64,000 bases of DNA from a virus (Duplodnaviria; Heunggongvirae; Uroviricota; Caudoviricetes), in IMG/VR virus record IMGVR_UViG_2880372215_000004, one strand, 5' to 3'. The stretch's first letter is position 1. Each line of letters begins with the position of its first letter. Below are positions 8,961-17,516 of this stretch, piece by piece. The position numbers were made by a program, and so were the translations under genes. The notes below the pieces were generated by a model. It ran no database searches. It was not told where the DNA came from and saw only the letters and a program-made list of their open reading frames with translations.

Positions 8961-9379
8961 TGTAACGCTGCGAGCGTTACAAGGTGAAAACAAATGGCTT
9001 CAAACTGGATAAAGCTCGAAGTTATTACGCCGGATAAGCCGGAAATATTCAGGCTTGCTGAGATTCTGAATATTGATCCAGATGCCGCATTAGGGAAAGT
9101 CATTCGCTTCTGGGCATGGGCGGATCAACAAATGATAGACGGTAACGCAGAGTGTAACGCTCGCGGCGTTACAAAAAGTGCAATAGATCGCATCACTTTT
9201 ATGGCTGGTTTTGCTGATGCGTTAATTCAGGTTGGATGGCTGGTCGAAACTAATGGTGTGTTGTCGCTTCCTAACTTTGAGCGCCATAACGGGAAAAGCT
9301 CTAAAAAACGGGCGGTTACAAACGAGAGAGTAACAAAAATACGAGAACTGAAACGAAAAGGTAACGCTGCCAGCGTTAC
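8961..9379. repeat. Three copies of a GTAACGC-N3-5-GCGTTAC palindrome (candidate replication origin / initiator binding sites)
   Basis: TGTAACGCTGCGAGCGTTACA (8961-8981), TGTAACGCTCGCGGCGTTACA (9153-9173) and GTAACGCTGCCAGCGTTAC (9361-9379). Extra half-sites at 9142-9148 and about 9315-9335. The copies are spaced ~190-210 bp across the 5' half of ydaU. Confidence 0.5.
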
Positions 9380-9782
9380 AAAAACGGATCAAAAAGCGTT
9401 ACCAGAGGAAGAGAAAGAGGAAGATATAAATACTTATCTCCCCCTAAATCCCCCTCGCCAAAAACGAGCGTCTAAAAAATTCGAACCGGAGGCTATCGAG
9501 CTGCCTGACTGGTTGCCGGAAACACTCTGGCATGAGTGGGTTCAGTTCAGGCAGGCATTGCGAAAACCGATTCGAACGGAGCAGGGCGCTAACGGGGCGA
9601 TACGGGAGCTGGAAAAATTCCGCCAGCAGGGTTTTTCACCTGAGCAGGTGATTCGACACAGCATCGCCAATGAATACCAGGGCTTGTTCGCGCCGAAAGG
9701 TGTTCGGCCAGAGACGTTGCTCCGACAGATTAACACCGTCTCGTTTCCGGACAGTGCGATCCCGCCAGGCTTCAGGGGGTAA
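8994..9782 (+). CDS. ydaU: Replication initiator-like protein YdaU, 262 aa
   Basis: MASNWIKLEVITPDKPEIFRLAEILNIDPDAALGKVIRFWAWADQQ. Sits upstream of a DnaC-like loader and contains the palindromic repeats. Confidence 0.65.
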   Translation: MASNWIKLEVITPDKPEIFRLAEILNIDPDAALGKVIRFWAWADQQMIDGNAECNARGVTKSAIDRITFMAGFADALIQVGWLVETNGVLSLPNFERHNGKSSKKRAVTNERVTKIRELKRKGNAASVTKTDQKALPEEEKEEDINTYLPLNPPRQKRASKKFEPEAIELPDWLPETLWHEWVQFRQALRKPIRTEQGANGAIRELEKFRQQGFSPEQVIRHSIANEYQGLFAPKGVRPETLLRQINTVSFPDSAIPPGFRG

Positions 9783-9788
9783 CAGACC

Positions 9789-10535
9789 ATGAAAAATATT
9801 GCGACAGGCGGCGTTCTGGAACGTATCCGCAGACTGGCCCCGCCACATGTAACCGCGCCATTCAGGACGGTGGCGGAGTGGCGCGAGTGGCAACTTGCAG
9901 AAGGCCAGAAACGTTGTGAGGAGATCAACCGTCAGAATCGTCAGTTGCGGGTGGAAAAAATCCTGAATCGCTCCGGCATACAGCCGTTGCACCGCAAATG
10001 CTCGTTTGCGAATTACCAGGTGCAGAACGACGGCCAGCGATACGCGTTGAGTCAGGCGAAATCTATCGCTGACGAACTGGTTACCGGATGCACAAATTTC
10101 GCGTTCAGCGGAAAACCTGGTACCGGAAAAAACCATCTGGCGGCGGCTATCGGGAATCGCCTGCTGAAAGATGGCCAGACAGTGATTGTGGTTACCGTGG
10201 CTGATGTTATGAGCGCCCTGCACGCCAGCTATGACGACGGGCAGTCAGGCGAAAAATTTTTGCGGGAACTGTGCGAAGTTGATCTGCTGGTTCTTGATGA
10301 AATTGGTATTCAGCGCGAGACGAAAAACGAGCAGGTGGTACTGCACCAGATTGTTGATCGCCGGACAGCGTCAATGCGCAGCGTGGGGATGCTGACAAAC
10401 CTGAACTATGAGGCCATGAAAACATTGCTCGGCGAGCGGATTATGGATCGCATGACCATGAACGGCGGGCGCTGGGTGAATTTTAACTGGGAGAGCTGGC
10501 GCCCGAATGTTGGTCAGCCAGGTATTGAGAAGTAA
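9789..10535 (+). CDS. ydaV: DnaC/IstB-like AAA+ helicase loader YdaV, 248 aa
   Basis: Walker [16 protein letters not shown] and Walker B LLVLDEIG. The sequence matches Rac YdaV from memory. Confidence 0.9.
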   Translation: MKNIATGGVLERIRRLAPPHVTAPFRTVAEWREWQLAEGQKRCEEINRQNRQLRVEKILNRSGIQPLHRKCSFANYQVQNDGQRYALSQAKSIADELVTGCTNFAFSGKPGTGKNHLAAAIGNRLLKDGQTVIVVTVADVMSALHASYDDGQSGEKFLRELCEVDLLVLDEIGIQRETKNEQVVLHQIVDRRTASMRSVGMLTNLNYEAMKTLLGERIMDRMTMNGGRWVNFNWESWRPNVGQPGIEK

Positions 10536-10557
10536 TTTTTACCGGGAGGAAATTTTA

Positions 10558-11319
10558 ATGGAGACCGTTTTTGACGCACTGAAAGCGATGGGAAAAGCCA
10601 CGTCGGTAGAACTGGCTACGCGACTTGATATCAGTCGAGAAGAAGTGCTGAACGAGCTGTGGGAACTGAAAAAGGCTGGCTTCGTTGATAAAAGCGTATA
10701 CACCTGGCGCGTGGCTGATAACAACGTTCAGCAGGAACAGCCAGCGCCGGCAGAGCTGCCGGAAGAAACCACCATGGCAACAGTAGCGAAAATCTCAGAG
10801 TGCGATTTAACCGCGACGATTGAACAACGTGGCCCACAAACGGCGGATGAGTTGGCTACATTGTTCGGTACCACATCACGCAAAGTAGCTTCAACGCTGG
10901 CAATGGCTATCAGCAAAGGACGCCTGATTCGCGTAAACCAGAACGGTAAATTTCGTTACTGCATACCGGGCGATAATTTACCAGCAGAGCCGAAAGCAGC
11001 ATCGGTAGCGGAAACTGATGGTAAGGCCTTTCCTCAGCCCACAGGTGTTGCGTTACCAGTACAGGAGGCTGCAACACAGGAAGATATTAAAACAGAAACG
11101 GTGGCGGACATTGTGCAGTCGCTGCCATCGTTTACTGAAACGCGAGCGGATGACCTGGTTTTACCATCGCTGCATATGGCAAACCGCGAACTGCGTCGGG
11201 CGAAAAATCATGTCCAGAAGTGGGAGCGAGTCTGCGCCGCGCTGCGGGAGCTGAACAAGCACCGGGATATTGTTCGACAGATTTTCGATTCCTCCAGTCG
11301 TATTGTGTCGGAAAAGTGA
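10558..11319 (+). CDS. Hypothetical phage protein with two winged-helix-like segments (YdaW-like position), 253 aa
   Basis: RBS GGGAGGA lies before the ATG. Winged-helix-like segments are [33 protein letters not shown] and [34 protein letters not shown]. Confidence 0.55.
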   Translation: METVFDALKAMGKATSVELATRLDISREEVLNELWELKKAGFVDKSVYTWRVADNNVQQEQPAPAELPEETTMATVAKISECDLTATIEQRGPQTADELATLFGTTSRKVASTLAMAISKGRLIRVNQNGKFRYCIPGDNLPAEPKAASVAETDGKAFPQPTGVALPVQEAATQEDIKTETVADIVQSLPSFTETRADDLVLPSLHMANRELRRAKNHVQKWERVCAALRELNKHRDIVRQIFDSSSRIVSEK

Positions 11320-11334
11320 TTGCCGGAGGCACCT

Positions 11335-11757
11335 ATGGCAAAAGTATTTACACCAGAAGAGCGGGAAAAAATTAAAGGGCAGGTTGTTGAACTTGTACGT
11401 CTGAGCGGTCGCGAGACGTTACGGGCTCTGGAGGCTAAAACCGGTGCATCAAGGTATTACATAAGCACTCTCGCCAGAGAACTGGTCGCCAGTGGTGATG
11501 TTTACAATTCAGGCTACGGATTATTCCCGTCTGAGCAGGCGCGTAAAGACTGGCAAAACGCCCGCAAAAAACTATCAAGGGCAAAGGTGAAGAAACCGGT
11601 TGTGGTTGATCCGGATCTTATCTGGTCATTACCAGACGGAGAAATACGCCGCTACGACAGGCGTCTGAACATAATCTGTAGCGAGTGCCGGAAGAGCGAA
11701 GCTATGCAGCGTGTACTGGCTTTCTATCAGGGTAATTTTCAGAAGGTGCTGTTGTGA
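11335..11757 (+). CDS. Hypothetical phage protein, 140 aa
   Basis: ORF from MAKVFTPEEREKIKGQVVELV, co-directional in the early-right operon. No motif recognised. Confidence 0.5.
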   Translation: MAKVFTPEEREKIKGQVVELVRLSGRETLRALEAKTGASRYYISTLARELVASGDVYNSGYGLFPSEQARKDWQNARKKLSRAKVKKPVVVDPDLIWSLPDGEIRRYDRRLNIICSECRKSEAMQRVLAFYQGNFQKVLL

Positions 11758-11862
11758 GCCAAATTAACAATCGGAACTTCGTGAAGAGAAAGCATAATCC
11801 AAATCTGAATAATTAAGTTCAGCACTGTAAATAAAATTTAATCCTTAACTGGAGGTATATTT

Positions 11863-12075
11863 ATGTTAAATACACAGAAAGCCATTAATGCGGAAAAATA
11901 TAACGAGTGGGCAAGAAAATTCTCTGAGCAGATTTTTAAAATTACTGGCGATGAGAATGCGGCAAAAAATGAATTAGAACCGTGGACGCCTGAAGGAGCC
12001 GACCCAAATTATTGCTGGAGGGAGGTTGATCCAGTTGATGCTGCAAATGAAGCTATGAGTTATCACAACGATTAA
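11863..12075 (+). CDS. Hypothetical small phage protein, 70 aa
   Basis: ORF preceded by GGAGGT. Acidic protein with no motif recognised. Confidence 0.45.
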   Translation: MLNTQKAINAEKYNEWARKFSEQIFKITGDENAAKNELEPWTPEGADPNYCWREVDPVDAANEAMSYHND

Positions 12076-12326
12076 TGTCAGGAGGCCGCCCGAAAGGGCG
12101 GTAATGAATGGTCACATTATTTAGAAAAAATATCCGCGAAAGAGTAGAACAACAGAATTTCTGTTTCTCATTCTGTTTATCGTGTTGATGATACCGATAT
12201 CCCCGTTAATCCTAGTCTGGATAATCGGAAAAATAATTGAGCCAGTTATTGAATTGTATAACGACGTGGTATGGGCGTCATTCAACACACTGCACAATAA
12301 AATTAATCCGTATAAGGAAAACTGAT

Positions 12327-12590
12327 ATGGCAACTTTGACAAAAAAAGAACGGGCATGGTTGAACGAATTACAGGAAGTTCTTGATCGCTGTCCATCACC
12401 GAAAAAAATTGGCTTTTACACCATTGGCGATAAAAGCATTTACCTGTATGACCTACGCCGCATGGATGAAATCATGGAGGCTCTTGATAATCGTTCGTCG
12501 ATGGATTGGTGTGTTGCTGTTCATGATATGAATGCAGGGTTTGATGAAAAGATTTTGTTCCCCTCATCAGTTGAAAGCACTGCGGGTTAA
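12327..12590 (+). CDS. Hypothetical phage protein, 87 aa
   Basis: MATLTKKERAWLNELQEVLDRCPSPKKIGFYT. Internal ATG of the tracked ORF, preceded by AAGGAAAA. Confidence 0.5.
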   Translation: MATLTKKERAWLNELQEVLDRCPSPKKIGFYTIGDKSIYLYDLRRMDEIMEALDNRSSMDWCVAVHDMNAGFDEKILFPSSVESTAG

Positions 12591-12600
12591 GGAGTAACAC

Positions 12601-13086
12601 ATGACCACTATTACCAAAGAACGTATTGAATTGTTCATTAAAAATCCGGTTGAAAACGGGCTTACCCGTGGTGAACAAATGGAACTGGCACGGATTGCGC
12701 TGGCATCGCTGGAAGCAGAGCCAGTTGGTGATTTTTATGAATACAAACCGGATGACTGGTAGCAGCGTTCGGCTGGAGATAAAGCGCCAAAATGGACGCC
12801 ACCCTATGCCGTTTTTCCAGCGCCCGTAGTGCCGGAAGAAATGGATTTGCTTACATGCCATCTCGATGGTGTAACTGAAACATATGCTGAGGGATGGAAC
12901 GCTTGCCGCGCTGCCCTGCTTCAGGGCAAAGGGGAGCCCGGGAAACAAGTTCGCGAATTGACAATGCTGGTTAAACAATTGGTTAGTCAACTGAAGAAAG
13001 CGAAACCGGGCTGCAAATTGCCGGATAAAGTGATGGACTACCTGGAGCGAAGCGGACTTATAAGCGTGGAGGATGTTTCACGATGA
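12601..13086 (+). pseudogene. Phage gene interrupted by an in-frame amber codon (53-aa N part, and a C part annotated from 12829)
   Basis: ATG 12601 and the tracked ORF 12829-13086 share one reading frame. They are separated only by TAG at 12760-12762, and no ATG start follows in that frame before 12829. Confidence 0.45.
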
Positions 13087-13476
13087 CCTGGCCTGAAGCA
13101 TTCACAACGGTAGGAATTGCGATGGCGGTGGCGCTGGTTGTGTATTCGATTTGCCGCTGGGGATAAAAACGATTTGCGGGAAAAGGATAGTTAAGTAGAA
13201 TTGCTGCGGGTGCTTGAGGCTATCTGCCTTGGGCATGAACACCAAAGGCAGATAGAGAAAAACCCACCCGACTATAAATCAAAGTGTATTACCCCCATTT
13301 GTTGGACGATGAAATGGGTTTAGTTAACTATGTCGGTATCGACATGACTAAAACAACCTTAAATTGCTCGATTAATAGACAAGTAGTTTTGAAAGATTAA
13401 ATTTATGCGATCCGGTATTTTCAAGGGATAGCCTTTATGAGGTTATCTTATGGGGTTAAAACATCAAGAACAGTTG

Positions 13477-13485
13477 TGTTATAAT
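13477..13485 (+). promoter_or_regulatory. Extended -10 promoter element (TGtTATAAT) upstream of the methyltransferase gene
   Basis: TGTTATAAT at 13477-13485, about 32 nt before the ATG at 13518, in AT-rich DNA. Confidence 0.45.
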
Positions 13486-13517
13486 ACATAGAAACTAATA
13501 AGAGACGTTGCAACTAT

Positions 13518-14669
13518 ATGAATGTAATAGATTTGTTTTCTGGCGTTGGAGGTCTAAGTCTTGGTGCTGCACGTGCTGGATTTGATGTTAAAATGGCAGT
13601 TGAAATTGATCAACATGCTATTAATACTCACGCAATTAATTTTCCAAGAAGTTTGCACGTCCAAGAAGATGTTTCTTTACTAAATGCAGAAATAATTAAG
13701 GGTTTTTTTAAAAACGATATGCCCATAGATGGTATTATTGGCGGTCCTCCGTGCCAAGGATTTAGTTCAATAGGCAAGGGGAATCCTGATGATAGCAGGA
13801 ATCAGCTTTACATGCATTTCTACCGTTTAGTATCAGAATTACAGCCATTATTCTTTTTGGCAGAAAATGTTCCAGGTATTATGCAAGAGAAATATTCTGG
13901 CATTAGAAATAAAGCATTTAATTTGGTTAGCGGTGATTATGATATTCTTGATCCCATCAAGGTAAAAGCATCTGATTATGGTGCTCCAACTATTCGAACT
14001 AGATATTTTTTTATCGGTGTAAAAAAATCATTGAAGCTTGATATTTCAGATGAAGTATTTATGCCTAAAATGATTGATCCGGTTACTGTAAAAGATGCTT
14101 TGTATGGATTACCAGATATTATCGATGCCAATTGGCAATCAGACTCTGAGAGTTGGCGAACAATTAAAAAAGATCGAAAAGGGGGATTTTATGAAAAATT
14201 ATGGGGGCAGATCCCTCGGAATGTTGGTGATACAGAATCGATCGCTAAGTTAAAAAATAATATCATATCTGGATGTACCGGAACATTACATAGCAAAATC
14301 GTCCAAGAGCGTTATGCTTCCTTATCTTTTGGGGAAACTGATAAAATTTCAAGATCTACAAGATTAGATCCAAATGGTTTTTGCCCGACTTTAAGGGCGG
14401 GAACCGCTAGAGATAAAGGAAGCTTTCAAGCCGTCAGGCCGATCCACCCTTATCATCCAAGAGTGATTACACCAAGAGAAGCTGCTAGATTACAAGGCTT
14501 CCCTGATTGGTTTCGCTTTCATGTAACTAAATGGCATAGTTTCAGACAAATAGGAAATAGCGTGTCACCAATAGTTGCTGAATATATATTAAAGGGGCTG
14601 TACAATTTATTAAATAAAAGAGTACAGCCCGAATATTTAAACCATAATTCTTTGGAAGTTAGGGTATAA
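13518..14669 (+). CDS. DNA (cytosine-5)-methyltransferase, 383 aa
   Basis: All diagnostic C5-MTase motifs are present: I DLFSGVGGLSLG, IV GGPPCQGFS, VI FLAENVPG, VIII TIRTRYFFIG, IX RVITPREAARLQGFPDWF and X QIGNSVSP. Confidence 0.95.
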   Translation: MNVIDLFSGVGGLSLGAARAGFDVKMAVEIDQHAINTHAINFPRSLHVQEDVSLLNAEIIKGFFKNDMPIDGIIGGPPCQGFSSIGKGNPDDSRNQLYMHFYRLVSELQPLFFLAENVPGIMQEKYSGIRNKAFNLVSGDYDILDPIKVKASDYGAPTIRTRYFFIGVKKSLKLDISDEVFMPKMIDPVTVKDALYGLPDIIDANWQSDSESWRTIKKDRKGGFYEKLWGQIPRNVGDTESIAKLKNNIISGCTGTLHSKIVQERYASLSFGETDKISRSTRLDPNGFCPTLRAGTARDKGSFQAVRPIHPYHPRVITPREAARLQGFPDWFRFHVTKWHSFRQIGNSVSPIVAEYILKGLYNLLNKRVQPEYLNHNSLEVRV

Positions 14670-15629
14670 CCTATAGTATTTATAATAGTTATCCCGTTCA
14701 TTTTCGTTTAAAGAGAACTCTTCAGCGGCTGCCTGATATGCTTCTTTATCAGGCAGTTTACTATCTAAATTTATCTTTTCTTTAATTGTTAGTGTTGGTA
14801 TTGCTATTTCTTGCACGTCTTCCCAATTTGTTGAATAAAATTGCCAGTTAGAAAGGTCGCATGCCTTAGATAACTCTATATATTCTTGTTCTGAGGAGAA
14901 AAAACCTGATATTGTCAACATGGTATGACTGCCATCATTATATTGATTTAAGGATAATGGGTAATACTGAATCTTATCCTTACGTCCTGAAAGACCACGT
15001 TCTATTGCTGATCTAAAAGCGTTTGTAATAATTCGTATTAAAAGAGCTTTAATCTTACGATCTGAAAGATCTGCATTTGATATCTGAAGATTAAAATCAA
15101 GATACTTTTTCCCAAGCAATGATTTTAATGAATTAATAAAAGCTTCTTTAAAAATATCTAAACTTTCTCCAACTCTACGTTGGTAATAAGAACTAGGATT
15201 TATGGGGAAGGTGACCTTCAAAATATCAAAAGAGCTTACTTTAGTACTTAGTAAGTGTATATCATCTAGATCCGTTTGTATTTTTTTCGGGGAGGCATAG
15301 TCTAACCATGTTATTGATGGTTTAGAAAAACTATAATCAAGAATAAAGTCATGAGCTGATATTAGCTTACAATCAATACAATTATAAGGCAAATTATATT
15401 TTTGTCTGATGTGAGTAGACTCTTGTTCTTCGAGAGAAATCATATCAGAAAGAGCGATACGATTATGCATGATTCTAAAATCTTCAAGCATCGGACCACC
15501 AAAACCTATATATGTATATTCTTGAATATTTAGTCTTTTGCTTAAGAGGTTTAGGCTTTCGAGAAAAATCTCTCTATCAATAGACTTATTATGCCTTAAG
15601 TGATAGGGAATGTATTGTCCAGACATCAC
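14637..15629 (-). CDS. Unknown 330-aa partner of the MORC-like ATPase. The N-terminal half has a Rossmann/SAM-MTase-like motif pattern
   Basis: The GTG/ATG start overlaps the upstream stop (GTGATG), indicating translational coupling. Motifs are YTYIGFGGPMLEDF, MISLEEQES and ITWLDYASP. The C-terminus ends YYKYYRLYPNFQRIMV. The 3' end overlaps the convergent MTase gene by 33 nt. Confidence 0.7.
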   Translation of the reverse strand: MMSGQYIPYHLRHNKSIDREIFLESLNLLSKRLNIQEYTYIGFGGPMLEDFRIMHNRIALSDMISLEEQESTHIRQKYNLPYNCIDCKLISAHDFILDYSFSKPSITWLDYASPKKIQTDLDDIHLLSTKVSSFDILKVTFPINPSSYYQRRVGESLDIFKEAFINSLKSLLGKKYLDFNLQISNADLSDRKIKALLIRIITNAFRSAIERGLSGRKDKIQYYPLSLNQYNDGSHTMLTISGFFSSEQEYIELSKACDLSNWQFYSTNWEDVQEIAIPTLTIKEKINLDSKLPDKEAYQAAAEEFSLNENERDNYYKYYRLYPNFQRIMV

Positions 15630-17017
15630 TTCACCTCTTCAATCACCGTATCAAAGCATTGCATCCCCACATCAGAAGCGCTAGCATCTTCATGTCCAAA
15701 GAAATATTTAGATAAAATTTTAACATCTTCTTTCTCTCTGGTGAAGATTATTCGTACAGTAGAGCTTTTTTTTACTGGGGTAGGCAGCTTAGGTGTATAT
15801 CGCCACTCATTTTTGTTTCTATTAGGGTTGGACCAGTTATTTTTTTTATCTTCTGGAGTTGATTGTGGGGTAATTTCAAATAAAGATTGAGCTTCATGTG
15901 ACTGAGCTGACTTAAGTAATTTTTTCCCTTCTTCAAGATGCTCACCTTTCCACTGATTGGTGAATCGAATAAAATGCATCATCCCTTCAATCATTTTATT
16001 TCGTACATCATTGTACAATGTAGAACTAAGATCGACACCTCGTTTCGTTGTTGTTATTGGTAATTTTTCTGGGTTTTTACTGGTAAAGCGAACAACCCCA
16101 GAAATTGCTATAAATTGGGTATGAAACCTTGGTACATTAGCAAAGCCCCAACCTGTGAGATGTGTCTTATCACAATATAGAACAACGCGGTCATTGCAAA
16201 TGACAGTCCATCCAGCATCATCAGAACTCCTTTTTTCTAAAACATCATCATTGTCATCTTCTAAATTTTTATAGAAGCCAACAACTAAATCGATATCAAC
16301 ATCGTCTATTTTAGCTTTATATATGTATGGTTCTATTTTAGAATGATCAGTTATGATGTTAATCGGATTATGTTCAACAACAACTCCATTTAATTCTATT
16401 TTAAATCCTTTTTGAATAATAAATGACAATGAGTGTTTTATCTGTAAAAAGAGATCAGTAAGATATGTGCTCTCATTAAATTTTTGTGCCACATTAGAAT
16501 GGAGTTTTTTTATCTCTATAGTTGTGCCTGTTGGATTTTTGTTATCATAGTCACTCTCGTGCATCGGTATTTTCCAACCATCACCATCGATCCAATCAGG
16601 TGTTATATCTACAGTGAATGCGCCATCGGGATTATTCGATTGTATTGAGCAATCTCTACCCATTTTAAAAATGGCTCTTTTCATACCAATACCATAGACG
16701 CCAACGGTGCCTTCATTTTCTTCTTCTTTTTGATGGGGTCGTCCCATTTTAAAAGCATATTCTCGGAAGCTTTTAGGGATACCTCCGCAATTGTCTTCTA
16801 TAATAAAGACATCTTTATTAATCGTAAGTTTCGCATAAAATCCTTCATATGGTTTTGAAGTTTTTTTTGTGTCTTTTATTGTACGTAAAGCCCCATCGAC
16901 GCAGTTATCAAGCAGATCAAGTATGGCATCGTTTAAGTCGATATCTCGAGTTAGCATACTTACAAAAAATCTTTTACTAGGACTAAAGTCTGCTGTTGGA
17001 GTCGTGTTCTCAGTCAT
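15626..17017 (-). CDS. MORC-like GHKL (Bergerat-fold) ATPase, 463 aa
   Basis: N-box DLLDNCVDGA, G1 box IIEDNCGGIP and G2 box GVYGIGMKRAIF. An S5-like transducer segment follows: GWTVICNDRVVLYCDKTHLTGWG...FIAISGVVRFTS...LPITTTKRGVDLSS. Confidence 0.85.
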   Translation of the reverse strand: MTENTTPTADFSPSKRFFVSMLTRDIDLNDAILDLLDNCVDGALRTIKDTKKTSKPYEGFYAKLTINKDVFIIEDNCGGIPKSFREYAFKMGRPHQKEEENEGTVGVYGIGMKRAIFKMGRDCSIQSNNPDGAFTVDITPDWIDGDGWKIPMHESDYDNKNPTGTTIEIKKLHSNVAQKFNESTYLTDLFLQIKHSLSFIIQKGFKIELNGVVVEHNPINIITDHSKIEPYIYKAKIDDVDIDLVVGFYKNLEDDNDDVLEKRSSDDAGWTVICNDRVVLYCDKTHLTGWGFANVPRFHTQFIAISGVVRFTSKNPEKLPITTTKRGVDLSSTLYNDVRNKMIEGMMHFIRFTNQWKGEHLEEGKKLLKSAQSHEAQSLFEITPQSTPEDKKNNWSNPNRNKNEWRYTPKLPTPVKKSSTVRIIFTREKEDVKILSKYFFGHEDASASDVGMQCFDTVIEEVK

Positions 17018-17079
17018 AATTTACTCTCTATGTGTTTGGGAAAATAAATACCTTAAGTGCAAATTGTTGATTTTAAACG

Positions 17080-17093
17080 CTTCGCATGCGAAG
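17080..17093. promoter_or_regulatory. Perfect 14-bp palindrome CTTCGCATGCGAAG in the promoter region of the MORC operon (operator candidate)
   Basis: Lies 63-76 nt upstream of the start codon at 17017. Flanked by GTTGA/TCAAC arms. A second palindrome, AATAACATATGTTATT, is at 17192-17207. Confidence 0.35.
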
Positions 17094-17516
17094 TCAACGA
17101 TGTTAAGAAAGAAAGTGCATGTGATCTAACAGTATGTTTTTAAAAAAAGATTAGCTTTATGAGAATTCAGGACTGAATCCCGTGAGAGGAAAATAACATA
17201 TGTTATTGTTGCATTGCTGTGTTGTTTGGGATTTGTTGCACCATTCTGGCGTTGGTATATCTAGTTCGTTGTTCATTTTGTTAATTGTACAACAGGCAGA
17301 CAACAGAGAGCTTTTAGCCTAGTTAGCTTACGAAATTAAACAACTAAGATTATCGGCGGGGAGTGGTCACCGCTACTCTTTGGCTAGGAGACTTCAACGC
17401 AACCGCACACAACCAGCTTCGGCGGGTTTTGTTTTTTCCTGGCATTCTGGTTTACAATTTGCGTGCTAGCTTGAACAACTGGCATCTGCTGCACTGCGCC
17501 ATCGAGAGATTGAGAA

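Noticed and set aside
13220-13255. 11-bp perfect hairpin CTATCTGCCTT...AAGGCAGATAG at the left edge of the low-GC cassette, considered as a terminator or att-like boundary
   Set aside because: No U-run follows, and no matching repeat occurs at the right edge (~17360). I cannot support either a terminator or an insertion-site duplication.
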